A DNA stretch of 64,000 nt from NCBI GenBank assembly GCA_032718475.1, contig JAUCBJ010004880.1, positions 23,340 to 87,339 of the forward strand, read 5' to 3'. Below are positions 56,001 to 64,000 of this stretch, in pieces; positions within the stretch are counted from its first letter, which is position 1, and every line of letters begins with the position of its first letter. This DNA is from Nemertoderma westbladi. Lineage: Eukaryota > Animalia > Xenacoelomorpha. The notes below the pieces were generated by a model. The model saw only the letters and a list, made by a program, of their open reading frames with translations, was not told the DNA's origin and ran no database searches. The position numbers and the translations under genes are program-made.

Positions 56001-59000
56001 CTGCGACTGGAGATTCAAGTGTTGATATAGATGACATTAGCTTCTATGTAAACTCCCTATATTGATGTTCTGAACTTGAAATAGTTTCTTTGACTCTAAC
56101 ATGCACATTCAACTGTTTTATGCAATTTGCTGTGGTGTGCTTCAATTTTATATATATTGGTATTAATTTGTATCGCATGAGCATTATTGTTACTGCGCTC
56201 GTAAACTCTATTTTTACTTTAACTCTTCTATTAAGATAAGTATTCCTTAATAATGGAATTTTTCGTTTGTAACAGATTCAGCTTTAAATTCTGAACAAAA
56301 ATATTATTACAGCTATGGATGAAAATGAATAATTTTACCAGAAAACCCCTATGTCTGCAAAACGAGATCATCGGCCCACTGTGCGTAGGGCGGTGCGTTT
56401 TTTACATTTTTTCGATTTCATTGTTCTACCGGTGCACAAAAGTTGCCAAATGGTAAAAAAATAAAGCAAAAATAATTTCTTTAAATTTCATCTATATCTT
56501 CACGGATCCCAAGAGGGTTGAAATTTTGTGCCATCGCGATGCACCATAAAGAAATGTATAACAATATAACACATTGATAAAAAATGAATGACTCAAAAAA
56601 TAACTTCCTGCATGCATCAAATGTCATCAAATGGGTCCAAACTTAGTTAGATACCAAAATTTTAATTTTTGGGTCAAGGGAACTAGTGCCACAGGCACAT
56701 GGCCAGAACCTACCATTTGGCGCAAGTGATCATTATTCTCAATTTTCGCGATGGCCAACTTTGAGTTCTCCTACTGCATTCATATTATGCTCATTAGAAC
56801 CGCAAAGTCCGATTTAGTGGGGGTAGACACCTTCAAAACAAACGTAGAGTGAATAGTTCTTGAGATATCGCAGAAAATGTGAAGTACGGCACAGGTCTAC
56901 ATTACCGCCTTGATGTGATATGGACAAATACACTATAAATGATATATTGAATTATCTCAAGGAATCAAGAATAGACACATCACAGAAATGATCGATATAA
57001 TGGGTGAAGACACCTTCAAAATAAGAGTAGAGTCATTAGTTTTTGAGTTATTTTACAAAATGTCAAGACTATATCCACCAATTACTACTTGATATTGAGT
57101 TGACCCATTCCACACATTTTGTACAAAAACTATAGTGAATTAATCACTACTCTTTAAGTATTTTTGATGCCTTAAAATAATTAGAAGTAACATTTTTGTG
57201 TATTTGTCTATAAATCATCAAGGCAGTAATGTTGACTTGTGCCGTAATTAACATTTTCTGTAATATCTCAAGAACTATTCGCTCTATGCTTATTTTGATG
57301 ATGTCTACCCCCACTAAATCGGTCATTGTGGTTCTAATGAGCATAATAATAATGCCGTGGGAGAACTAAAAGTTGTCCATCACCAAAATTGAGAATAATC
57401 ATCACTTGCGCCAAAGAGTAAGTTCTGGTCATGTGCCTGTGGCACTACTTCCCTTAATCCAAAAATTAAAATTTAGGTATCTAACTAAGTTTGGACCCAT
57501 TTGATGACATTTGATGCATGCAGGAAGTTTTTTTTTGAGTCATTGATCTTTCATCAATGTGTTATATTGTTATAAATTTCGTTATGGTGCATCGCGATGG
57601 CACAAAATTTCAACCCTCTTGGGATCCGTGAAGACATAGACGAAATTTAAAGAAATTTTTTTTGCCTTATTTTTTTACCATTTGGCAACTTTTGTGCACC
57701 GGTAGAACAATGAAATCGAAAAAAGTAAAAAACGCACCGCCGTAGTGAACAGTATCCCTATCAGTAGGGGAATATTGTGACACAGACGAACGGATTCAAC
57801 TAGCGGTATATTGTCTATACAATATACATGGACCTCTCTCTATATTCTTTATCTCTGGTCATTTACTATCCTAACAGTTCTCAAGCCAGGTTCCAGGTAA
57901 CCCTTCCCCCTCACCCCCAACCGCCTTTCTGATATTATTACTTTAAAGGGCTATTATTATTAGGTACTTTATATTACTAGTTGTAGGTTGTTACTTTATA
58001 TTTCTAGTAGGTACTTTATGTTATTACTTTATTATTTATTACGATCGCCAACCCAATATTCCCTACCCCAGAGTGAAAACACATCAATGGCCCCGATACG
58101 GGCTCTTCATTAATAAATTGATTAAGTAACAATCCCAAATATTAAACATAAACCGGAAAATTAAACGAGTGACTCCCTTGTAGACTCCTCTGTATATCTC
58201 ATTTTAAAGAGTCTCTCCGGGCTCGGACTCAACGTGTGACCCCCTGTAGAGAAATATATCAGTTCATTCAGAAGGTACAGTGGTTGGGATGATTCAAGTG
58301 GGTGTGGTACTTTCCATGGCTGGAGAATATTCTAATACAGCAAACAACGCATAACAAGCCCTATTAACTCGTAGGTTGCCCATAATAATGATCAATGCAA
58401 AAACACCATATTTATGGATGCACTTGATCAACTCATTGATGCAATCAAACTCAAATCTTCCGGTTAACGAATGAACAGGCGTCATTTGTACCATAGCAGA
58501 GACACCGCCACGTAGAACTCTCATCATGGTGCATAGAACAGAGGAGGCCAGATTAGTAGGATGGTTGTTCGCGTAACCAAATACACTATGTATCTACGAT
58601 ATAAACGATATGTACATATCTGCGATATAAACTCAAGCTGAGACATATATTTGGATGACCCAATATCAATTGCAGTATTAACATACTCCTTTGCTTTCAT
58701 AAGTAGTGATGTCGTAGTACCAACATTATGTTTCACGACTGCAATGACTTCTTCCAACTAAGACCAATGTATTAGTTGGCTATTGCGAGCGGGGCAATGC
58801 GATAACCCGAAGCGGCAACCCCAATACTGATCAACCACCAATACGAACACGTCCGATCAAAGTTGCTTCTTTGACAAAAGTGAAACCTGTCCAATATATT
58901 CGTCATTATAGAATAAGAAGACCAATACTTTGAACTCCGATCGTTTCACAAAAATGTCAGTATCGCGACCGTTTCCTGCTATTCCTTTTAGCCACATAGA

Positions 59001-62000
59001 AACAACAGGTTCAGTCAGCTGCAAAAAGCCCCCAATTCAATCTCGCTCATTGAGCAACGGAAGTTGGCGTTCCTCAATGGGAGGGAGTTCTAGTGGAGTG
59101 GGGGGTTGTGGTGGAACACACGATAAGGGAACTCCAGGGAAGTAGAACGGAGGTATTGTTTGTTGCAAGAAACCGCCAGGGACTTTCTTGTGCGGAATTC
59201 CCTTGGGAAACTCTGGCCAATGTTGAATACAAATGAGGGCAGTGCTTCTGTACTTAAATGGAGAGCCGTCATCTGCACTGCGTCATGGTAGCGTGGTGAT
59301 CCACTGATCTTGTCTGGCACTGACATGAGGAAGTTTCACTACACAAACGGTATTTCCTGCGTAATTGCCGTCGCAGCCAAATACACAATGATTAGGCATA
59401 ATATACCTAATAATAATAATTAACTTGTTCTGTTAGTAATTTAGCCTAATGTTGTATTACGGCACCTTAAATACCTATAGTACAGTAGTAACTGATTTAA
59501 TTACTAACAAATGGTACCACCAAGGTACTGGTACCGGATTGGTCGCAGTACCGTACCAGCGTGGTATGAGTACGCACGCGCTACCAGGGTAGGCCTACCA
59601 TCAGTAGGCCGTCCAGTTGAATGTACTATATGACTATACAAACTGAACTATTCCCATATACCAGCGGTAGGACTATAACAAAACCAGTAAACTGTCTATC
59701 TGTCTGTCTGTAGGTTAAGTACATTGGTATAAATCTTTATACAGTAGCATTACAACTTACAGCAGTATGAAAACAGTGGACTTCGAGGGCAGAAGGGTGG
59801 AAGTCGGATCAGGCAGTATGTCAGTCCTGTAGTATAGTAGTCCTTGCTGCACATACATAACATATATCATTATTAATTAATAATTCCAGGGATCCTGCAT
59901 TTCATTTTGTTGGTCAGCTCAACCAATTAACCGTTATATGCCCCAAGACCGCGATTCTTTCTGCTACAAAATGTGGAAGATTATAATTTCCAACAGATTT
60001 GAATGGGTGATAATGACTTGTATTATCCTCAACTCCATTATTCTTATGACAAAGGTGCGTGTTATTGGTGCGTGTTATTGCTGTTAACATGTCTGGATGC
60101 CTTTGCTTTGAGCAGCAGACAAATCAGCCCCCCTTTATAGACTTAACTGGTCAGTTTGCTTTGGGAAACGGCCTCAATTATTAATCAGGATTATTAATTT
60201 TTCCTTATTAGAATTCTAGAAACTGGCATTTTCATTTTTCAAATTATATTATTAATACATACATATCGGTGGGGTAATTAAGGGTTTTATTGTAATATTT
60301 ATGAGCATTAAAGGTAATCGAAAATGTGTAGAATAATATTCAGCTTCAAATACATTAATGCCACAGCGCATTATTAATTAGCAGTTATATTATATTTTGC
60401 AGTTATTCATTTAAATTATATTTGCAGTTCTACAAAATGCCTGAAGACTATGATACTGCGCTATATTTTTCCAATATGGTATTCACCTTCATATTTACAC
60501 TTGAGGCAATAATGAAACTTGTTGGTTTGAGAAAGGTTAGTAATGTACTATCAAAGCGAATGAGCATTACTATTGGGATGCCTTAAGTACCATCCAGGTG
60601 TCACGAGACCCATTTGCACATTACCATATTATTAGTTTGTCATAGCCATTAAATACTACAATTTTCAAACAAGCTAACGTTTATAACTGCTTACATCATT
60701 GTGTGCAAAGTAGCACTTTGCAGCGCTATGACCCGAGTTTATTTATGTACCGATCGAGCGCAGCGAGGGAGGTTTACATAAATAAACAAGGGTCTTTAAC
60801 GCTGAATAGCTGAATATTTGCAAGCAATGATGTATGTAATTTTGTTACATTATGTCAACTTATCAGCGTTCGTTATGTGAAGAAAGGATTTTATGGATAC
60901 TCATTTATACATTTTAATCATGTACTATATCGAATATAAGTAAAATTTATTAACAGGTACACAGTATTAATTATACATTTAAATCTAATTAAAGTTTATT
61001 GGAAGTTATCTCCTGCATGGATGTGATAAATCATTAATCCATCTTGACTATAGTCGACTGAAGCAAACTTATTCACCGTCTGTGTCCGTTCAGTTTTACT
61101 GAACACTGTCGCCATTTTCTTTGGTCATTTTAGTGTCTTCTATTGGATGTTTCGCCATAATGGCTTACAGTAGGCCTACACGTAAAACAATACTTTACAT
61201 ACAGTAGCTAGTCCCGTCACTGCAAACGGGTAATAAAGCAGCACGCATTAATATATATGGAAATAATACATTCTGGAATACGGTAATTGAAGTTGTTCCG
61301 TCCTATAGGCCGCAACGCTGCAAAGTAGTACATTGCAGCGTTACGAGTAATTCACCAGAACGTTGATAAGTTGACATGATGTAACAAAATAATATTCTTT
61401 ACAACATCTGATCTTTACATTTGTTATTGGCATTGGATTTTGTTATTGGCATTGGCTTGAAAGAACTGTAATATTTCGGATATTAAAAAATAATAGTAAA
61501 TCAAAACAAAACTTATCGCAAATATTTGTCTGTCCACATTTTCCTCTTGCCAAATATAATTTAATTTTATTTCAGTTTTATTTCTATGACTTCTGGAATA
61601 TCTTTGATGCCATCACTGTTCTTGGCAGTATAGTTGATGTTGCCTTGACAACCATTGAAAGATATGTAAGTAGAGACTTTAAAGTTATGTCCGCTAAAGT
61701 CATGATCAATGTATTTTTTATAAATAATATAATTAATTGGATTGTAATAGAAACGTATTTTTTATAAATACCATAATTAATGGGATTTTAATAGAAGCGT
61801 GTACTTATTGCACTTTCCTTACAGACTTGAACTAAATGGGTACACCCAAGTGTATCCGTGCAACCTGTAATATGTATTCAGCATAAACTATTACTTTACT
61901 TCTATTTGCTTATGTACCTCGGACTGCCATAACGGTAGCTAACACTGTGTGCTACACCAGACTGGCAGCAGACTGACATTCTTCGTACGATAACGATAAA

Positions 62001-63655
62001 GTAATAAATGAATGATAAAGCGTACACAATTGTACCGCTCTCATTAGAAATGACACCGATTCTATATACCAGAATATAATAAATATGGAAACGCCAAGGG
62101 GCATATTCCCCAGAAACCCAATTTAAAACAGTATGTGCCATGGTTCTGAGGTTACTTGCAAGAGAGATGACTATGACTTTATGTCTTATGTCTATGACTT
62201 TATTATACTTTATGACATGATGTCAGGTTTGTCAGCCCATGACTTTCTTGGGATGCATCAAAGACAACATCAGCCAGGAGAACATACAGGACAAGATTGG
62301 AGAAATTACAATTGCTTACAATCACGATCACCAACAATCAAGACTTACCTGGCAAACTGTATCTTATTAACTAGAAGCTAATAATCCTGAAGAACGTGTA
62401 TGGAAATGGAAATATCACTTCAGCAAAATGCTTGAGCAGCTACCAAACATCGAAATTAAAGCTATATATTAAATCGAAATCGCATTAAAGGCCACTAGCA
62501 CTACCAATTTGAACTAAAAGTCAAATAAAGCCTCTCCCCAAGAAAAGAAACTTGGGTATGCAAAAAAAACTATAATGGGATCAGTGTGTGGTAGCTGCCA
62601 AATTATACAACAAAATAATTCTATAGAATTAAACCTCACATAGAGAAACTATCACATATGAGCCAAAATTACTTTCAACCAGGTCAACAATAACTCAAAT
62701 ACTAGGCTACAGAGGCTGGTTGAAGGAATTAAGTCAATGAACTATCATGCAGCTCTGACATTTCTGGACTTCAAGAAAGCATTCTACTCCATCCATAGAG
62801 GTAAAATGCTGGAAATCCTAAGAGTTTATGGAATACCAAAGCCCCTCTCCATCCTTGCTGGCATACTGGAAGGTAACACAGTGGTGCCATTACTATTCGT
62901 AATGGAAATTATATTGTATTGTATTCATGCAATGGGAGAATACCTTGGATTCGCACTACAAGATCATAAAAAGTAGCAGATATCCTGAAACTACAGTCAC
63001 AGTCACACACATTGTGGATGAAGTCACCCTGCTTTCTAATACACTAGCTGATGCACTACTACTACTACTACTATAATCGGCCTGCTGCAATGAAACTGCT
63101 CAGTGAGATGCGATGCCACCTTAACAAAAACATTTTGTCACCACCATGCAATACACAATTAGCAAGCCCAATGCAGCGTGCGTTAAGAATGCTATGCCGG
63201 CTTATCAACAAAGTTGCACCGCCACAACTCCATATCCCCCATGACTTTCGCGAGATTATCCGCATCTTCAAAGCCTGTGTCCTTTTAGGACGCGTCTCAC
63301 GAACGTCATGGGCTGTCCACTATGCTTATTTTCTCCATGAATTTGCAAGGGGGGGGGGGGGGGGGATATCATATTGCTGTTAAATTTAGTATCTACGTTA
63401 AATAATATCTACTGAAATGATAATTAATTTATGTTCCATGTTGTATTTTTGTAGGAACTGATTGACAATGTAGCCGATATCCCTGCAGTCGGTGTACTCA
63501 GACTGTTTCGAGCAGCTCGTCTGGTAAAGTTGCTACGACAAGGCAGCGATATTAGAATTCTATTATGGACTTTTGGGCAAGCGTTCCTAGCCCTGCCATA
63601 TGTCTGTCTATTGATTGTTATGATATTTTTTATCTATGCAATAATTGGAATGCAG
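1944..63655 (+). CDS. CACNA1A/cac: Voltage-gated calcium channel alpha-1 subunit, Cav2 type; partial gene, 25 exons, IS2 to IVS5
   Basis: All exons GT-AG and phase-compatible (3660 nt, 1220 aa). Cav2-type motifs: LRPLKLVSG (IS4), [37 protein letters not shown] (IVS4). Pore motifs TMEGW, TGEDW, TGEGW. Orthology is to the Cav2 subfamily, not specifically CACNA1A. Confidence 0.95.
3207..3301 (+). CDS. CACNA1A/cac: Cav2 exon (IS4)
   Basis: tag|[31 protein letters not shown]|gtgagt, 95 nt. Confidence 0.9.
3708..3860 (+). CDS. CACNA1A/cac: Cav2 exon (IS4-S5 linker, IS5)
   Basis: tag|[50 protein letters not shown]|gtaaga, 153 nt. Confidence 0.93.
3852..4100 (+). repeat. 83-bp tandem triplication that includes the exon end and splice donor
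   Basis: ATACTACAG|GTAAGAAACG... repeated, with GT at 3861, 3944 and 4027. Confidence 0.9.
4651..6400 (+). pseudogene. Frameshifted Kolobok/'Mutator-like' DDE transposase
   Basis: Motifs across ORF fragments: [49 protein letters not shown]...[37 protein letters not shown]. Internal 54-bp duplication at 5374-5480. Confidence 0.85.
6754..7076. repeat. Internal inverted repeat (arms of about 110 bp) within the Kolobok element
   Basis: TCGGAGATCTTCAAAATGTATAATCTC...GAGAACAAAGTTACCATTTGGTTT pairs with AAACCAAATGGTAACTTTGTTCTC...GAGATTATACATTTTGAAGATCTCCGA. Confidence 0.8.
7325..10318 (+). mobile_element. 5'-truncated LINE (CR1/L2-group), APE+RT ORF2 with frameshifts, nested in the Kolobok element
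   Basis: [16 protein letters not shown] (endonuclease); [40 protein letters not shown] (RT); (AAT)n tail at 10301-10318; candidate TSD AGCAAAC at 7318-7324 and 10319-10325. Confidence 0.88.
10400..10600 (+). mobile_element. tRNA-derived SINE with a conserved-core-like central domain
   Basis: A-box TGGTGTAGTGG and B-box GGTTCGATCC, followed by CTCTGCCTTGCATCCTT...GGTAGCTAAATGAGTACTGG, which resembles conserved SINE central domains (Meta/Sauria type, from memory). Confidence 0.6.
11600..11835 (+). CDS. CACNA1A/cac: Cav2 exon (domain I turret and pore loop)
   Basis: ...[36 protein letters not shown]|gttagt, 236 nt. Confidence 0.93.
12318..12421 (+). CDS. CACNA1A/cac: Cav2 exon (IS6)
   Basis: [35 protein letters not shown]|gtaagt, 104 nt. 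Confidence 0.93.
12518..14184. mobile_element. Non-autonomous MULE/foldback-like element with ~100-bp TIRs and 9-bp TSD
   Basis: TSD CTGATTTTT at 12509-12517 and 14185-14193; TIR GGGTATATCTTTTGCGTAGAGGTATAGCCTACATAGAGGC... mirrored at 14076-14184; no recognisable transposase. Confidence 0.85.
14207..17789 (+). mobile_element. P-superfamily (THAP) DNA transposon, complete, with TIRs and 8-bp TSD
   Basis: TIR CAAGGCCTACTGTACTAAAGGCCGTGCAACC...; TSD GTTTGTCT at 14199-14206 and 17790-17797. Confidence 0.92.
14564..17096 (+). pseudogene. THAP-domain P-element transposase split by one frameshift near 15750
   Basis: THAP motif [10 protein letters not shown]...RRWIAAI...VCAKHW...PPSVF; catalytic-region motifs [48 protein letters not shown]. 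Confidence 0.88.
18737..18852 (+). CDS. CACNA1A/cac: Cav2 exon (I-II linker, AID)
   Basis: [38 protein letters not shown]|gttagt, 116 nt. Confidence 0.95.
18955..19290 (+). mobile_element. RTE LINE 3' fragment (same family as 47799-53743)
   Basis: Near-identical to about 50900-51200 (AAGTACAATGCACACATCTCCAACCAGACACTATATAACATTGGAGG...). Confidence 0.8.
19850..20205 (-). mobile_element. RTE LINE internal fragment, antisense
   Basis: [34 protein letters not shown] matches the RT at 49143-51266. Confidence 0.8.
20230..20660 (+). mobile_element. Decayed fragment of an RLE-type (CRE-like) non-LTR retrotransposon
   Basis: Frameshifted translation [50 protein letters not shown]...VPWSNGK..WDAT matches a CCHC knuckle plus restriction-like endonuclease. 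Confidence 0.7.
20730..21070. repeat. Degenerate minisatellite (TGTATTGTATTGTTATAGCTCGGTATAGGTC...)
   Basis: About 9-10 imperfect 30-40-bp units. Confidence 0.8.
21217..21958. mobile_element. Kolobok-type MITE (TTAA TSD, poly-G termini)
   Basis: TTAA|GGGGGGGGTACACCATTTTCGG ... TGACCAAAATGGTGTACCCC...|TTAA. Confidence 0.8.
22100..24730. other. AT-rich island of TGTTCTAGAACA palindromes and a ~150-bp module (2 direct, 1 inverted) around an orphan ORF
   Basis: More than 12 TTCTAGAA-core palindromes; module copies at about 22125-22280, 24410-24560 and 23855-24010 (inverted). Confidence 0.6.
23144..23626 (-). CDS. Orphan 160-aa ORF: acidic Ser/Gly/Asp-rich N-terminal part plus one hydrophobic segment
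   Basis: ORF track; more GC-rich than its flanks; [21 protein letters not shown] followed by KAMYK. No family recognised. Confidence 0.3.
   Translation of the reverse strand: MEGESGNTDINDSTPYISEINGFKAKINSIKSTTPEVVVTGDSGAKCSYEYGSNDVESVIIGSGPVGSDQGVSDGAASDDDDTEGDDGSTIAIVRVGVEAVGLCLIAIGFCKAMYKIVKEINTLYKNEGRGCREETSVPMPISSLRHYYGMFTHDHIFLL
24790..25734. mobile_element. Foldback-type MITE, family A copy 2 (TA TSD)
   Basis: TA|CACCATGTCCCGTAATATAGTG ... CACTATATTACGGGACATGGTG|TA; homologous to 682-1565. Confidence 0.87.
25830..26150 (-). mobile_element. Decayed RTE endonuclease N-terminal fragment
   Basis: Minus-strand KIATM..RTLK...ALAMEYNI...[11 protein letters not shown] resembles the start of an RTE APE domain. 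Confidence 0.45.
26316..26519 (+). CDS. CACNA1A/cac: Cav2 exon (I-II linker, poly-Asp)
   Basis: tag|(D)[52 protein letters not shown]...PPFQR T|gtaggt; phase 1-1, 204 nt, joins both flanking exons in frame. Confidence 0.75.
26520..31781. repeat. 24-bp minisatellite (GTAGGTAAACCAACCACGGCTACT) of about 218 units with higher-order structure
   Basis: Starts at the exon's GT donor; six units carry a 5-bp insertion; 720-bp and 1210-bp higher-order duplications. Confidence 0.97.
32367..32567 (+). CDS. CACNA1A/cac: Cav2 exon (end of I-II linker, IIS1)
   Basis: [66 protein letters not shown]|gtatgt. Confidence 0.9.
33131..33243 (+). CDS. CACNA1A/cac: Cav2 exon (IIS2)
   Basis: [37 protein letters not shown]|gtaagt, 113 nt. 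Confidence 0.93.
33825..34298. mobile_element. Non-autonomous element with ~65-bp inverted repeats and a (GTC)n microsatellite
   Basis: CACGAAGTTGGCGGAGCCTTAGCGAATTGACACTGTTAGGGGG... mirrored at 34234-34298. Confidence 0.7.
34567..34685 (+). CDS. CACNA1A/cac: Cav2 exon (IIS3-IIS4)
   Basis: [39 protein letters not shown]|gtaagt. Confidence 0.93.
35739..35988 (+). repeat. 50-bp x5 tandem repeat of the splice acceptor and exon start
   Basis: TATTTGGTTTACAG|ATACTGGA(G/A)ATCATT... with AG ending at 35752, 35802, 35852, 35902 and 35952. Confidence 0.92.
35953..36084 (+). CDS. CACNA1A/cac: Cav2 exon (IIS4-S5 linker, IIS5)
   Basis: [43 protein letters not shown]|gtgtgt, 132 nt. Confidence 0.92.
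36732..37782. mobile_element. Non-autonomous TIR element (~90-bp imperfect TIRs)
   Basis: AATAGGGTTAGTGCGTGAAAAAATTG...GGTGCTCTGAATCGAGTGACAGGGGTGTTT mirrored at 37693-37782; no clear TSD beyond TA. Confidence 0.65.
38248..38444 (+). CDS. CACNA1A/cac: Cav2 exon (domain II pore loop, start of IIS6)
   Basis: [39 protein letters not shown]...[10 protein letters not shown]|gttagt. Confidence 0.93.
39140..41378 (+). mobile_element. 5'-truncated, decayed RTE-clade LINE (second family)
   Basis: [51 protein letters not shown]; stops and frameshifts; TAG-repeat tail. Confidence 0.88.
41476..41600 (+). CDS. CACNA1A/cac: Cav2 exon (IIS6 and start of II-III linker)
   Basis: tag|(G)[41 protein letters not shown]|gtcagt. 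Confidence 0.93.
41734..42130 (+). mobile_element. 21-bp x5 repeat followed by a probable LINE ORF2 C-terminal fragment
   Basis: (ACTTCTACTACAATCGGGATG)n, then LWSK...NKL...RNVF...SASAMLVN...[10 protein letters not shown], which resembles RTEX-like C-termini. Confidence 0.45.
42489..42754 (+). CDS. CACNA1A/cac: Cav2 exon (short II-III linker)
   Basis: [17 protein letters not shown]...[19 protein letters not shown]|gtacgt; an alternative in-frame acceptor at 42522 is possible. Confidence 0.85.
44272..44401 (+). CDS. CACNA1A/cac: Cav2 exon (IIIS1)
   Basis: [43 protein letters not shown]|gttagt, 130 nt. Confidence 0.93.
44506..44565 (+). CDS. CACNA1A/cac: Cav2 exon (IIIS2)
   Basis: [20 protein letters not shown]|gtatga, 60 nt. 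Confidence 0.93.
44912..45021 (+). CDS. CACNA1A/cac: Cav2 exon (IIIS3)
   Basis: [36 protein letters not shown]|gtaagt. Confidence 0.93.
45573..45664. repeat. Perfect 31-bp inverted repeat (hairpin)
   Basis: AAAGTCGGCAATGACGTCCAGGTGGGATCGA (45573-45603) is the exact reverse complement of 45634-45664. Confidence 0.9.
46012..46310. repeat. (GCCGA)n / GCCGATAT micro-minisatellite
   Basis: Direct inspection. Confidence 0.9.
46501..46597 (+). CDS. CACNA1A/cac: Cav2 exon (IIIS4)
   Basis: [32 protein letters not shown]|gtttgt. Confidence 0.93.
46933..47093 (+). CDS. CACNA1A/cac: Cav2 exon (IIIS5)
   Basis: [53 protein letters not shown]|gttagt, 161 nt. Confidence 0.94.
47799..53743 (+). mobile_element. 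Near full-length decayed RTE LINE (outer copy), interrupted by a younger copy of the same family
   Basis: 5' UTR; APE fragments ([24 protein letters not shown]; QIDHIL after the insertion); decayed RT at 51638-53700; TAG tail; candidate TSD TGTTCAACA at 47790-47798 and 53744-53752. Confidence 0.85.
49124..51302 (+). mobile_element. Young 5'-truncated RTE copy (inner) with an uninterrupted 707-aa RT ORF
   Basis: ORF 49143-51266 ([25 protein letters not shown]); TSD TATCTCTATCG at 49113-49123 and 51303-51313. Confidence 0.88.
53988..54125 (+). CDS. CACNA1A/cac: Cav2 exon (domain III pore loop)
   Basis: [45 protein letters not shown]|gtaagt, 138 nt. Confidence 0.94.
54486..54684 (+). CDS. CACNA1A/cac: Cav2 exon (IIIS6)
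   Basis: [15 protein letters not shown]...[30 protein letters not shown]...DKNI|gtaaga. Confidence 0.94.
55310..56383 (+). mobile_element. Transib/RAG1-like transposon, internally deleted, with intact ends
   Basis: TSD CGTAG at 55305-55309 and 56384-56388; ends CACAATGGGCCGGTG and CACAGTGGGCCGATG (reverse complement); transposase C-terminal fragment inside. Confidence 0.9.
55443..56065 (+). pseudogene. C-terminal fragment of a Transib/RAG1-like transposase with a CCHC tail
   Basis: [16 protein letters not shown], then after a frameshift [11 protein letters not shown]...[21 protein letters not shown]...SRK...[12 protein letters not shown] and [14 protein letters not shown]. Confidence 0.85.
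56386..57744. mobile_element. Foldback element with TIRs of about 500 bp
   Basis: TAGGGCGGTGCGTTTTTTACATTTTTTCGATTTC... mirrored by ...GAAATCGAAAAAAGTAAAAAACGCACCGCCGTA. Confidence 0.85.
58294..59330 (-). pseudogene. Highly decayed P/THAP-like transposase remnant
   Basis: Minus-strand pieces EALPSFVFN (THAP end), QLEFISQ...YRRY and [10 protein letters not shown] (compare VDGNRVNQ in the element at 14207-17789); many stops. Confidence 0.45.
59890..60054 (+). CDS. CACNA1A/cac: Cav2 exon (III-IV linker, IVS1)
   Basis: [55 protein letters not shown]|gtgcgt, 165 nt. Confidence 0.93.
60428..60535 (+). CDS. CACNA1A/cac: Cav2 exon (IVS2)
   Basis: [36 protein letters not shown]|gttagt. Confidence 0.92.
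60840..61389. mobile_element. Small non-autonomous element with ~30-bp inverted termini
   Basis: TTTTGTTACATTATGTCAACTTATCAGCGTTC ... GAACGTTGATAAGTTGACATGATGTAACAAAA. Confidence 0.6.
61576..61665 (+). CDS. CACNA1A/cac: Cav2 exon (IVS3)
   Basis: [30 protein letters not shown]|gtaagt. Confidence 0.92.
62090..63345. mobile_element. Decayed RTE fragments: + strand piece of the 39140 family, then a - strand 3' end of the 47799 family
   Basis: [26 protein letters not shown]; 63165-63345 is the reverse complement of the RTE 3' end. Confidence 0.75.
63455..63655 (+). CDS. CACNA1A/cac: Cav2 exon (IVS4-IVS5)
   Basis: [67 protein letters not shown]|gtatgt. Confidence 0.95.
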
Positions 63656-64000
63656 GTATGTTGTAATGCATAAATAACAACTATAAACAGCACAAAATTG
63701 CTGTATGCAAAGACCTCCCGTAGACTAACCAACACACAGACAGTAGACACCTGTCAAACCATCCTGTCAAACTTCTAAAACATTAAATAGATGCGATTGT
63801 AGTAGTAGTTTTCACTTATTTCAGCCACCTGTAAATGTTGCGAAAAGCTACACATTGAGCCGATAGATTGTTGAATCTGTTCTTAACTCTCATTCATCTA
63901 ATATAACTCCCATTAATTGACTAATAGCAATTAAAGAAAAATGTGCCTGATATACATTATATATTATTAAGTACATCACTATCCGCGTATATCCGCGGTA

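Noticed and set aside
55541-56065. A bona fide RAG1 gene
   Set aside because: Only a frameshifted C-terminal fragment inside TIRs; it lacks the first two catalytic Asp residues and no RAG2 is present in the window.
61812-61845. Microexon in the IVS3-S4 linker (like vertebrate exon 31a)
   Set aside because: The acceptor looks good, but the sequence reads ACT TGA (stop) in frame and the donor is poor.

Overview
AT-rich invertebrate-type animal genomic DNA lying wholly inside one + strand gene for a Cav2 (P/Q/N/R-type; cacophony/unc-2/CACNA1A-like) voltage-gated calcium channel alpha-1 subunit. I traced 25 GT-AG exons with consistent phases (1944-63655, 3660 nt, 1220 aa, IS2 to IVS5, pore glutamates of domains I-III present). 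Both gene ends lie outside the window. The introns hold many transposons, several with TIRs and TSDs visible: a TTAA-flanked Kolobok-type element containing a LINE and a SINE, a 9-bp-TSD MULE-like element, a near-intact THAP/P element, an RTE inserted into an older copy of its own family, MITEs and foldbacks, and a 5.26-kb 24-bp minisatellite. Best leads: (1) a Transib/RAG1-like element with a CACAGTG heptamer end, asymmetric bipartite TIRs, a 5-bp TSD and the CX2CX3GHX4C tail known from RAG1L proteins; (2) three independent tandem amplifications of the channel's own splice sites, including about 218 copies of one donor; (3) a natural Gln at the position of the human R192Q migraine mutation; (4) a probable U12-to-U2 conversion with a 6-nt slide in IIS6; (5) a perfect 31-bp hairpin over a candidate 27-nt IIIS3-S4 cassette exon; (6) an unexplained TCTAGA-palindrome island around an orphan membrane-protein ORF. 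All family assignments come from motif recognition by eye, not database searches.
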